A stretch of 64,000 bases of DNA from Longimicrobiales bacterium (GTDB lineage: Bacteria; Gemmatimonadota; Gemmatimonadetes; Longimicrobiales; Gaopeijiaceae), in assembly GCA_965238005.1 (NCBI GenBank), contig OZ250165.1:3744001-3808000 (forward strand), in the 5' to 3' direction. The translations under genes and the position numbers were made by a program. This document shows, piece by piece, positions 41,937-51,623 of this stretch (its first letter is position 1; each line of letters begins with the position of its first letter). Under the pieces are notes generated by a model. That model searched no databases, had not been told where the DNA came from, and saw only the letters and a program-made list of their open reading frames with translations.

Positions 41937-43301
41937 ATGCGTCACTTCCAACACCTGATACTCGGGACCGGCCAGGCAACGGGCACCCTACTGGGCGATC
42001 TCCTTCCCACCGGAGACTCGATCGCCGTCATTGAAGGAGATCGAATAGGCGGCACCTGCCTGAACACGGGCTGCACCCCCACGAAAGCACTCGTGGCCAC
42101 CGCCCGGGTGGCTCATATGATGAAGCGGGCACCGGAGTACGGCATCCATCCGAACGGTGTCGAGATAGACTTTGAAGCCGTTCGGGCGCGCATGAACGCC
42201 GTTCGCGACACCACCGGGATGGTTTCGTGGATCTCCTCGGCAGAGAGCGTGACCCTATTCGAGGACTGGGGCCGATTCGAGGGTCCGCGGCAGATTCGTG
42301 TGGGCGACGAGATCATCACGGCCGATCGGATCTATATCAACGGCGGAGCACGCCCGCGCGTCCCCGACATACCAGGGTTGGACACCGTTCCATGGCTGGA
42401 TCACGGCCGACTCCTCGAGCTGACCGAGGTGCCGGAGCACCTGATCATCCTGGGAGGGAGCTACATCGGGCTCGAATTCAGTCAGATCTTCCGAAGATTC
42501 GGCGCGCGGGTCACCGTGATCGAGTCGGGATCTCAACTCGTATTTCGAGAGGATGCCGATGTTGCGGAGTCGATCAGGGACATTCTCGAACTGGAAGGCA
42601 TCGAGTTCTGTATGGACTCGAGCGCGGTGAGAGTCGCCCCCGATGGCGCGGGTGTTGCGGTCACCATCGTACAGGGTGGCGACGAGCGCCAGCTGACCGG
42701 CTCCCACTTTCTCGTCGCGGTCGGGCGGGTCCCGAACTCGGACCTGCTCAACGCTGAAGCGGCGGGTATCCAGCTCGACGAACGGGGGTACATCGAGGTC
42801 GACGATTTTTGCCAGACCAGCGCGGAGGGTGTCTTCGCCCTGGGCGATATCAACGGACACGGTGCCTTCACCCATACCTCGGTCAACGACGCCGAAATCG
42901 TCCTCGACCAGATGCGCGGTGGCACCAGGAGATTGTCGGACCGGATCCCCGTGTACGGGCTTTTCATCGATCCCGCGCTCGGTCGTGTCGGAATGACCGA
43001 ACGGGAGGCCGTCGCGAAGGGGCACAAGGTAATGAAAGCCACGCGGCCGATGTCCCGAATCAGCCGGGCCAAGGAGATGGGAGAGACGCTCGGGTTCGCC
43101 AAGCTCCTGGTCGACGGCGACACGGATCAGATTCTGGGTGCCGCGATTCTGGGACCCGGTGGTGACGAGATCGTCAACATGTTCGCGGCTTACATGTACA
43201 GTGGTCTGCCCTGCATGGATTACCGGAGATCAGTGCTCGTCCACCCGACCGTGTCCGAGCTCATGCCCTGGATATTGGACACGCTGGAGCCGGTTTCATG
43301 A
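41937..43301 (+). CDS. pyridine nucleotide-disulfide oxidoreductase (RclA/MerA-like)
   Basis: GGTCLNTGCTPTK, GGSYIGLE, HPTVSE; lacks the MerA C-terminal Cys pair. Confidence 0.88.
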   Translation: MRHFQHLILGTGQATGTLLGDLLPTGDSIAVIEGDRIGGTCLNTGCTPTKALVATARVAHMMKRAPEYGIHPNGVEIDFEAVRARMNAVRDTTGMVSWISSAESVTLFEDWGRFEGPRQIRVGDEIITADRIYINGGARPRVPDIPGLDTVPWLDHGRLLELTEVPEHLIILGGSYIGLEFSQIFRRFGARVTVIESGSQLVFREDADVAESIRDILELEGIEFCMDSSAVRVAPDGAGVAVTIVQGGDERQLTGSHFLVAVGRVPNSDLLNAEAAGIQLDERGYIEVDDFCQTSAEGVFALGDINGHGAFTHTSVNDAEIVLDQMRGGTRRLSDRIPVYGLFIDPALGRVGMTEREAVAKGHKVMKATRPMSRISRAKEMGETLGFAKLLVDGDTDQILGAAILGPGGDEIVNMFAAYMYSGLPCMDYRRSVLVHPTVSELMPWILDTLEPVS

Positions 43302-43647
43302 CGCTGCGGGGGGACATGATCATGACGCGGCAGTCTATTCGCAGAACTCGAGACGACCGAGTCGCCGCGTGGATCCGACCAGCGTTGGGAATCCTATTCG
43401 TGATGACTCGTCGTCAGTTCGTAGCAGTTCATTGTCCTGCTCCTGGTTCAATGATCCATCTGTCTTACTCATAGCGTGTATCGCTCTCAGCACTTGGCGG
43501 TCCAGAATCCCGCAGGCCGCACAGTCGAAGAAGGCGTCGGGATCTACGGCCAGCAGTTGGTAGTAGCTCATCTCTCAGTTCGTCCTTGAGGGTTGTTTCG
43601 CCAGAGAGGGGTCGGCGGCTTTCTCGAGGAGAGGCTTGGCTAAAGCT

Positions 43648-44823
43648 TCACCCCAGCACCAGCCGGCTGAGCTCGGCGCAGTGTTTCTGGGCGTCGGCCT
43701 CGCCGATCTCGATCACGCGGCTGATGTAATCGGACTGAAACATCAATAGACTCAGGAAGTCGGGGCTCCGTGTCTCGCGGGTACCGAGGCCGCGGGTCAA
43801 GAAGCGAAACCAGCGAGGTAGGTCTGCCTCATGCTCGCGAGCAAGCTTACCCAGGTCCACCGATGGCCTCACTACGAGCGTTTCGATTTCCCGGAGGCCC
43901 TTGCGTTTCTCGGCGGGCAACTCCTGAAGCAAGCTGTTGATCCTATTCAGCTGCTCAGCGTCCTGGTCGATCGCATCTAGGAAAACGGCGTTGAAGAGCT
44001 TCCCCAGGATCTGAGCAGGCGGCGGGTACCTGGCTTCCTGCAGCTCGGCCTCCCGACGAGCTGGCTTGTGGCGTGTCGACACCGTGATGATCCGGCTTGC
44101 CCCCAGATGCACGGCGGGCGCCAGCGGCGCAGCCATGCGAATACCTCCGTCGCCGTGCCACGCGTCGGCCAGTCGCACGGCTGGAAAGACCAGCGGCAAC
44201 GCCGCAGAGGCCATCACGTGGTCAGCGGTGAGCCAGACCTTGGCGCTGCACCGGTCGGGTCGTTCCCAGGTCGGGATGTCGCACCCCTGGACCCAGGTCG
44301 TCGTCTGGCCGGTGCCGTAGTGCAGAGTGGTGAGGGCGATCGCATCGAGGCGGCCCGCCTCCAAGTTGTGGCTGATGCCTGAGATCTCCCCGTCGACTGT
44401 GTGGAGCTCCTGCTCGAGAAGTCGCGCGAGGGGCGCGGTGTCCACCAGGCCACGCACCTCAGGAGCGACCCTGACGCCGCCCGAGATGAGCCGCATGCCC
44501 CAGCGTACCGCGTTCCGCGCCATCGCCAGGCCTCCGGTCCGGAAGACGCGGTCAACCTCCAGACTACACCTGAGCCGGCGAAGGTCCTTGGTGGCTTCGG
44601 CGAGTCCACCCGGGTGGCTAGCGAGAAAGGCAGCGTTGATGGCCCCGGCTGACACGCCCGTGACGATGCGAAAACGGTAGTCCGGGACCATCTCCGCAAG
44701 ACAGCGCAGTAGCCCGACCTGATAAGCGGCCCGTGCCCCGCCGCCGGTGAGTGCGATGGCAACCGCGCCTCCCGGAGGCTCCTGAGCCAACGTCCCAGTA
44801 GTGTTCTCGCTCTTCGCCATCAT
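43648..44823 (-). CDS. patatin-like phospholipase
   Basis: GGGARAAY, GVSAG, DGG. Confidence 0.9.
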   Translation of the reverse strand: MMAKSENTTGTLAQEPPGGAVAIALTGGGARAAYQVGLLRCLAEMVPDYRFRIVTGVSAGAINAAFLASHPGGLAEATKDLRRLRCSLEVDRVFRTGGLAMARNAVRWGMRLISGGVRVAPEVRGLVDTAPLARLLEQELHTVDGEISGISHNLEAGRLDAIALTTLHYGTGQTTTWVQGCDIPTWERPDRCSAKVWLTADHVMASAALPLVFPAVRLADAWHGDGGIRMAAPLAPAVHLGASRIITVSTRHKPARREAELQEARYPPPAQILGKLFNAVFLDAIDQDAEQLNRINSLLQELPAEKRKGLREIETLVVRPSVDLGKLAREHEADLPRWFRFLTRGLGTRETRSPDFLSLLMFQSDYISRVIEIGEADAQKHCAELSRLVLG

Positions 44824-44888
44824 TCCTTCACTGCGCAGCTCGGGTCACCCTGGCCAGCCCACCTGTACCGACCTGCAGGCGAACGACC

Positions 44889-47310
44889 TTATCCTCGCAG
44901 AGAACGAAACGCCTCGGGAACGAACGCATCGACCTGAATCACCTCGTCGCGGACCTCGTCAGCGCTGAGCACGTCCCGGCGCTCCTGTGCGGTGACGATG
45001 CCGGCCTCGACCGCTCGGTCCAGCAACATGTCTCCGGGCGCCTTGTCCAGAAGGCCCGCCCGGACCGCATCTCGGATCTTTCTCTCAACTGCCAGGGCTG
45101 GAAGCGCATGATCCAGGGCGGCATCAAGCATTCCGAGTCCGGGCTCGTGGGCTGGGGGAACGTAGATGTCACGCGTCAGAGCCTGGCATGCTTCTCGATC
45201 GTCGAGAAGCCCGCGCGCCACGGCGCCACCCAGCCTGTCGCTCGGCGGACTGAGGCGGGCACCCAGTGGGAAGACCACGGGCCACAACGCCCACGCCGCG
45301 GGACGGTTTGGCAGGTTACGGAGAATCCCGACCAGCGCCGTCTGGATCTCGTGCAGGGCGTGCTCACAGGACCACTCCACGAACGGAACGTCGCAGTCGC
45401 GTTCCCCTTCGTCGTAGAATCGCTTCAGCGCGGCCGAGCCCAGGTACATCCAAGCCAACGCGTCGGCCAGGCGTCCACTGATCTTCTCCCGGCGCTTGAG
45501 CTTACCTCCCAAAGTGGCCATCGCCGCATCGGATACGACCGCGAAGGCTGCGCTCATGCGGGTCAGCCGACCAAAGTATCGCTTCGCCTTCCCACTCGCG
45601 GGAGGCCTCACCAATCGGCCATTCGTCACTCCGAGCAGCACGGCTCGCACTGCATTGACGATCACGAAGCCCACGTGACCGAAAAAGGCACGGTCGAACC
45701 GTCGCACGTCACTCTCCGCCACCGCCCGCATTTCCTCCTGCGCATGTGGGTGGCAGCGGATCGCCCCCTGGCCATAAATGATCATGGAACGAGTGAGGAT
45801 GTTCGCCCCTTCCACGGTAATGCCGATCGGCACAGCTTGATATGCACGGGCGAGGATGTTGCGCGGCCCCCGACAGATCGCGGCGCCCGCACGGATATCC
45901 ATGGCGTCGTTCACCACCCGGCGCATCCCCTCGGTCAGGTAGGCCTTCACGATGGCTGAGGCCACGGCCGGTCGCTCCCCGGCGTCAACGGCCCCGGCCG
46001 TCATTATGCGTGCGGCGTTCATCGCATAGGTGAGCCCCCCGATGCGGGCCAGCGGCTCCTCGATACCCTCGAATCTGCCGATCGGAGTGTCGAACTGTTC
46101 GCGGACGGTGCCGTAGGCGCCCACGACCCTGGCGGCCAGCTCGGCCGAAGCCCCAGCGAGGGATGGAAGTGAGATAGACCGGCCCGCGGCCAGACTCTCC
46201 ATGAGCATCCGCCACCCCTCACCAGCCATCTCGCGCCCCCCGATGATGAAGTCCACCGGGACGAAAACGTCGCGGCCCCAGTTGGGCCCGATCTGAAACG
46301 GCACACCCAGGGGATCGTGTCGAGCGCCGATCTCGATCCCGGGCGTATCGGCGGGGATCAGGGCGCACGTGCTCCCGTGGTCTTCCTCCTGCCCCAACAG
46401 CCCGTCCGGATCGCGGAGCCTGAACGCGAGCCCGATCACTGTTGCGACCGGTCCCAACGTGATGTAGCGCTTGCGCCAATCGAGGCGCATTCCCAGAACC
46501 TCTTCACCACGATAGGTCCCGCGGCATACGGTGCCTACGCTCTGGGTCGCTGCCGCATCGCTGCCTGCCTCGGGGCCGGTCAGGGCGAAGCAAGGGATCT
46601 CCTCACCCGTCGCCAGCCGAGGGAGATACCGGCTCTTCTGCTCCTCAGTACCGTATCGGTGGAGGAGCTCGGCCGGTCCGAGCGAGTTGGGCACCATGAC
46701 GGTCACTGCGGTCGTTACACTGCGGCTCGCCAGTTTCGTGACAACAGCCGTATGGGCCGCCGCGGAGAAGCCAAGCCCACCGTACTCCTCGGGGATGATC
46801 ATGCCCAAGAAGCCGTGCCGTTTGATGAACTCCCAGGCCTCCGGTGGAAGATCTCCCCTTTGAACTACCTCCCACTCGTTGACGATCGCGCAGAGTTCCT
46901 CGACCGGGCCATCGAGGAACGCACGCTCTGCCTCGGACAAGCCACGGATCTTGAAAGCGAGGAGCTTCCGCCAGTCGGGATCACCGGAGAAGAGATCGCC
47001 GTCCCACCAGACGGTCCCCGCTTCCAGGGCGATTCGTTCAGTATCTCCCATCCGAGGGAGGAGCGGTGCGATGAGCCGCATCACCCACGAGCTCACCAGG
47101 GTACGGCGCAGTGGCCGGACTCCGAAGACGAGCGCCAGGACCCCGAATCCGCCGGCTACCACACCAAAGAGGGCTGGAGAACCCACCCCCCCCTGCCGCC
47201 CACCAGATCACGGCGAGCGCCCCAGGGGTCACCCACGCCCAGAAGCTGCGGCCTTGATAAGCCAGGGTCACACCGAGAAACAAGAGCACTGTGAGAACGA
47301 CGATATCCAT
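44889..47310 (-). CDS. fadE: FadE-type acyl-CoA dehydrogenase; frameshift in a homopolymer near 47190
   Basis: ALEAGTVWW, VPNSLGPAELL, FALTGPEAGSDA, ITVEGANILTR; N-terminal TMs in another frame. Confidence 0.85.
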
Positions 47311-47383
47311 GGGTCCTCAAATGGTGTTGAGTGGCCGATCGCTCCCAGAGCGTCTCCAGGTGCAGGTAGGCCTCTCGATCAAT

Positions 47384-48130
47384 CTAGCGATAGTCAGGGT
47401 TGACGAAGTCGAACCGGCAACCTGCATCCCACTCGGAGCGCTGATTCCCGTGCGCGGGGACCCCACCTGCGTCTTTGAGCATCCGCGCGACGTGCATGAG
47501 GTTCCACGCCATGAACGTCGTGTTCCGGTTGGTGAAGTCGTTTTCCGGGCCTCCCGATCCCGGGTCCAGATAGGACGGACCTGGACCCGCCTCGCACAGC
47601 CAGGCGGCGTCGGCCTGTGGTGGGATGACGTAGCCGAGGTGCTGAAGCGAGTAGAGGATGTTCATGGCGCAGTGCTTTGCGCCGTCCTCGTTGCCCGTAA
47701 TGAGACAGCCCCCAACCCGTCCGTAGTAGGCGTATTGCCCGGCCGCATTGAGTAGGTGGGACGCCGCGTACAGCCGCTCCACGACCTTCGTGCAGACGGA
47801 CGACTTCTCGCCCAGCCAGATCGGAGACGCCAGCACCAGGATGTCCGCCGCCATGACCTTCTCCAGGATCCCTGGCCAGTCGTCCTGGCTCCAGCCGTGC
47901 TCGGTCATGTCAGGCCAGACCCCGTACGCAACGGAGTAGTCCACCGGTCGAAGCACCTCTACGCTGACTCCGTTCGCCTCCATGATGGCGGCAGAAATGT
48001 CGATCAGCCCTTGGGTGTGCGACATCTCCGGCGAGCGCTTGAGTGTACAGTTCAAGAAGAGCGCCCCGAGGTTAGAGAAGTCCCACTGACTCTGCTCGCA
48101 CAGCTCCTTTTGCTTCTCGGTGAGCTCCAT
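47384..48130 (-). CDS. flavodoxin-fold NAD(P)H-dependent FMN reductase
   Basis: NCTLKRSPEMSHT, SPIWLG, ITGNEDGAKH. Confidence 0.85.
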   Translation of the reverse strand: MELTEKQKELCEQSQWDFSNLGALFLNCTLKRSPEMSHTQGLIDISAAIMEANGVSVEVLRPVDYSVAYGVWPDMTEHGWSQDDWPGILEKVMAADILVLASPIWLGEKSSVCTKVVERLYAASHLLNAAGQYAYYGRVGGCLITGNEDGAKHCAMNILYSLQHLGYVIPPQADAAWLCEAGPGPSYLDPGSGGPENDFTNRNTTFMAWNLMHVARMLKDAGGVPAHGNQRSEWDAGCRFDFVNPDYR

Positions 48131-48404
48131 GGCGCTTCCTCCTCTCCGACGGTTTGTGTTCGCGACCTCCAATACAGGGGACGATCTTAGGGGTTGTCAA
48201 ACCGCTGGCAGCTCGGCCCAGGAGCGCGGGCCATCGGTTCGGCAATGATCCTTGCTGTACCCACTCCGGTATTCCGCGCCGTTTCCGGTCGCAAGAGCTT
48301 CGGTCAACTCGCGGCTCCAGGGTCTTTGGCGTACAGTAATGGAACGAAATCGCTCCGCCGGGACCCAGCGGGGCCCTCCGGTGGGGCCGAACAGAGGAGG
48401 AACG

Positions 48405-48842
48405 ATGAACGTGCACTTCGGGCGCGCCGCGCTGGCCGGCGTCCTCGGGACCGTGGTGATGACGGTCGTGGGGCTTTATGCCGCGCCGATGATGGGCATG
48501 CCCCCGATGAACCCTGCGGAGATGCTTGCCGGCCAAATGGGTGGGAGCATGGTCATGGGATGGATCGTGCACTTCATGATCGGCGTGATCCTGGCCGAGC
48601 TGTACGCCGTGGTCGCGGGGTCCCTGCCCGGGCCGGTGGTCGTTCGCGGGGCCCTGTTCGGTTTGGCTCCGTGGCTGCTCTTACAGGTGGCCGTCATGCC
48701 GATGATGGGGATGCCGTTCTTCTCGGGCGCGATGAGCCTGGCGATGGGGTCGCTACTCGGTCACATCATCTACGGCGGTGTCGTGGGTGCCGTGTACGGT
48801 GAGCCCTCACCGGACCCTACGCCCGTGAGCGCGACGTCCTAG
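48405..48842 (+). CDS. Met/Gly-rich four-TM membrane protein
   Basis: AGGAGG RBS; PMMGMPPMNPA, GWIVHF, SLLGHIIYG. Confidence 0.78.
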   Translation: MNVHFGRAALAGVLGTVVMTVVGLYAAPMMGMPPMNPAEMLAGQMGGSMVMGWIVHFMIGVILAELYAVVAGSLPGPVVVRGALFGLAPWLLLQVAVMPMMGMPFFSGAMSLAMGSLLGHIIYGGVVGAVYGEPSPDPTPVSATS

Positions 48843-48942
48843 AACCTACTCTCGTAGGTGTCGGCCAGCCACTCCACGACCTTCAGTGTTTGGTTCCCAT
48901 CGTGGGCTTTCACGACACACACGACGATTTCGTGCGGCGGCG

Positions 48943-50583
48943 ATGTCAGAGAACACACACGACTACGGATCCGACCTGCTCTTCCATCCGTCCACCAACA
49001 AGTCGACGGCCTTCACGCTCGAGGAGCGCCGGCGACTCGGTCTACGCGGGCTGCTTCCCGCGCAGGTCAGCACCATGGAGCGCCAGAAGGAACGTGTCCT
49101 CGAGAGCCTTCGCCGCAAGGCCTACGACATCGAGAGGTACATCGCGCTGCGGGCGCTTCAGGATCGAAACGAGCGGTTGTTCTATCGGACGCTGATCGAC
49201 CACATCGATGAACTCATGCCGATCGTCTACACGCCGACGGTCGGGCAGGCGTGCAGAGAGTTCGCGCACATCTTCCGGCAGCCGCGAGGGTTCTACGTGA
49301 CCCCATCGGATCGTGGGGAGATCCGCCAGAACCTGGACAACTGGCCGGAGCCCGACGTGCGCGTGGTGGTCGTGACCGATGGCGAGCGAATCCTCGGGCT
49401 TGGCGATCTCGGGGCGAACGGCATGGGCATCCCCATCGGGAAGCTCGCGCTCTACACCGCGTGCGCCGGCATCGCACCCGAGCACTGCCTGCCGGTGATG
49501 CTCGACGTGGGTACCGACAACGAAGAGCTCCTCGCCGACCCTTTGTACCTGGGCGTGCCCGAGCGCCGTGCGCGCGGCGAGAGCTACGACGACCTGGTGG
49601 ACGAGCTGATCTCGGCCCTGCAGGATAAGTGGCCGCGCGCGCTCATTCAGTTCGAGGATTTCCTGACGCCGAACGCCTACCGGCTGCTCCGACGCTACCG
49701 CGACCGAGTCTTCTGCTTCAACGACGACATCCAGGGGACGGCGGCCGTCGCCCTGGCCGGTGTGTACGCCTCGACTCGCATCTCGGGGCTGCGCTTCGAG
49801 GACCTGCGCATCATGTTCCTCGGCGCGGGATCGGCGGCGACCGGAATCGCCGACTTGACGGCGGAGGCCCTCGTCGCGGCGGGGCTGTCGCGCGGTGAGG
49901 CGGTAGGGCGCCTCTCGTTCGTCGATCTTCACGGGCTGCTGGTGGCCTCGCGTGCCGATCTCCAGGAGCACAACCTTCCCTACGCTCAGGAACGCGCCGC
50001 AATGGGCTTCGTCGACGCGTTGCGCAGCGTCCGGCCCCACGTCCTCATTGGAGCCACGGGCGCACCGGGCACCTTCACCCGCGAAGTGATCGAGACGATG
50101 GCCGAGATCAACGACCGTCCGGCCATCTTCGCGCTCTCCAACCCCACATCGCGTGCCGAGTGCACGGCAGAGCAGGCTTACTCCTGGTCCGCTGGGCGCG
50201 CGATCTTCGCCAGTGGGAGCCCGTTCGGGTCGGTCGACTTCGAGGGCCGGCGCTATCGGCCGGGCCAAGGAAACAACGCGTACATCTTCCCCGGGGTCGG
50301 GCTGGGTGCCGTCGCCTGCCACGCGACCCGTGTGTCGGAGCCGATGTTCCTGGCCGCTGCACGGGCTCTCGCCTCTCAGGTGACCGAAGCGCGACTCGAC
50401 GAGGGTGCGATCTACCCACCGTTATCGGAGATTCGCGCGGTGTCCGCACAGATCGCCCTTGCCGTCGCCGAGCAGGCTTACGCCGACGGGCTCGCCCGCC
50501 TGCCCCGTCCGGACGACCTGCACGAGCACATGCGGACTCAGATGTACGACCCTTCATATCAGGAGCGAGCGTGGGCTCCATGA
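48943..50583 (+). CDS. maeA: NAD-dependent malic enzyme (large-subunit type)
   Basis: YTPTVG, VTDGERILGLGD, FNDDIQGT, GAGSA, LSNPT, QGNNAYIFPG. Confidence 0.92.
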   Translation: MSENTHDYGSDLLFHPSTNKSTAFTLEERRRLGLRGLLPAQVSTMERQKERVLESLRRKAYDIERYIALRALQDRNERLFYRTLIDHIDELMPIVYTPTVGQACREFAHIFRQPRGFYVTPSDRGEIRQNLDNWPEPDVRVVVVTDGERILGLGDLGANGMGIPIGKLALYTACAGIAPEHCLPVMLDVGTDNEELLADPLYLGVPERRARGESYDDLVDELISALQDKWPRALIQFEDFLTPNAYRLLRRYRDRVFCFNDDIQGTAAVALAGVYASTRISGLRFEDLRIMFLGAGSAATGIADLTAEALVAAGLSRGEAVGRLSFVDLHGLLVASRADLQEHNLPYAQERAAMGFVDALRSVRPHVLIGATGAPGTFTREVIETMAEINDRPAIFALSNPTSRAECTAEQAYSWSAGRAIFASGSPFGSVDFEGRRYRPGQGNNAYIFPGVGLGAVACHATRVSEPMFLAAARALASQVTEARLDEGAIYPPLSEIRAVSAQIALAVAEQAYADGLARLPRPDDLHEHMRTQMYDPSYQERAWAP

Positions 50584-50589
50584 AGTCCA

Positions 50590-50946
50590 CCAAGCCGAAA
50601 GGGAGGATGGCGTGGAGAGCCAGCAAAGGGAAGGAAGCGACAAATGAAAGGTGCTGAGCTCTTTATCCGGTGCCTCGAGAACGAAGATGTGGACTACATC
50701 TTCGGCATCCCGGGGAGCCGTCTTCGCGAGAGTGGTGGTGGAGCCAGGAGATCAGGGTGAGCGTGCTCGAGGAGGAACAGGGCTTTCCCGGCGAGCCGGT
50801 CACGGTCCGCGTGACGAACAAAAACTGGTTGGCGTCAGCATCTGCGCCGCCGGGGCGATGGCCGGTGCCTTCCTTCTGGAGCGGAGTTGACCATAAAGCT
50901 CTGGTAGTCCGAGTGCTGGAGATGGGCCCAGATGGCGGCTCCAGTA
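50590..50946. repeat. mosaic of five short diverged gene fragments homologous to other loci in the window
   Basis: Matches to 51570-51694, 40631-40676, 35128-35170, 57727-57788 and 34443-34487 (see findings). Confidence 0.85.
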
Positions 50947-50953
50947 CCTAAAA

Positions 50954-51244
50954 TCAGACTCTTCCGAGTTTGGTGGGCGGTGAATCTTCGAGATTGGGAT
51001 CCGCGTTCAGCGCATGGAGTGCCTGCAGCACCCGATCCAGAATATCCGACGGCTGCTCGCCTCCCATGTTCTCTTCTTCCGCGACTTGAAGTTGCAGCGC
51101 GTCGAACTTCCAGCGACGTAAGATTTCGATCTTCTGTTCGCGACTCAACTCCTCCCGTTTGAGCACATCCTCGGGACCACGGAATACAAGCGCCGGGTCC
51201 AGCATTGCTTTCCTGAGATCGATCCGCTTTCCGCTGTTTGTCAT
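50954..51244 (-). CDS. small hypothetical protein
   Basis: GGAGG RBS; AMLDPALVFRGPEDV...KIEILRRW...AEEENM. Confidence 0.7.
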   Translation of the reverse strand: MTNSGKRIDLRKAMLDPALVFRGPEDVLKREELSREQKIEILRRWKFDALQLQVAEEENMGGEQPSDILDRVLQALHALNADPNLEDSPPTKLGRV

Positions 51245-51623
51245 TGTCAGGCACCCTCCGCAACGCTCCGACCTTACGGAGATTCGTTGCTCTTACGTTA
51301 TCTTAGGTGCGGCTTAGGGAGCTCTCAGGCATCCGTACGTTCACAGCACTTACGCCATGGCTGCTAGGAAGTTGCACTCGCCGCCCCCGGAGGGCACTGC
51401 CCTCATCTGCTCCGTCGGTCCGCGTGATGGGGGTCCTCGAGCGACCTCGTGCGTGAGCCGCTTACTTTGCCTCGCTCCCCAGGCAGCGATTTGCGGCGAG
51501 CCCCGCCAAAGGGTAATTAGCTTCGATCGCGTAGGCCGTCAGCGAGATTGCCTACGCGCGCCGCTTTGGCCAAGCGGAAAGGGAGGATGGCGTAGAGACC
51601 CAGCCAAGGGAAGGAAGCCACAC

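Noticed and set aside
41937..43301. Mercuric reductase merA
   Set aside because: No C-terminal Cys-Cys pair, no NmerA domain, no mer operon
43335..43571. 78-aa minus ORF with CAAC
   Set aside because: No recognisable homology; may be another fragment
50590..50946. CRISPR-like array of captured spacers
   Set aside because: No direct repeats between fragments, irregular lengths, no cas genes
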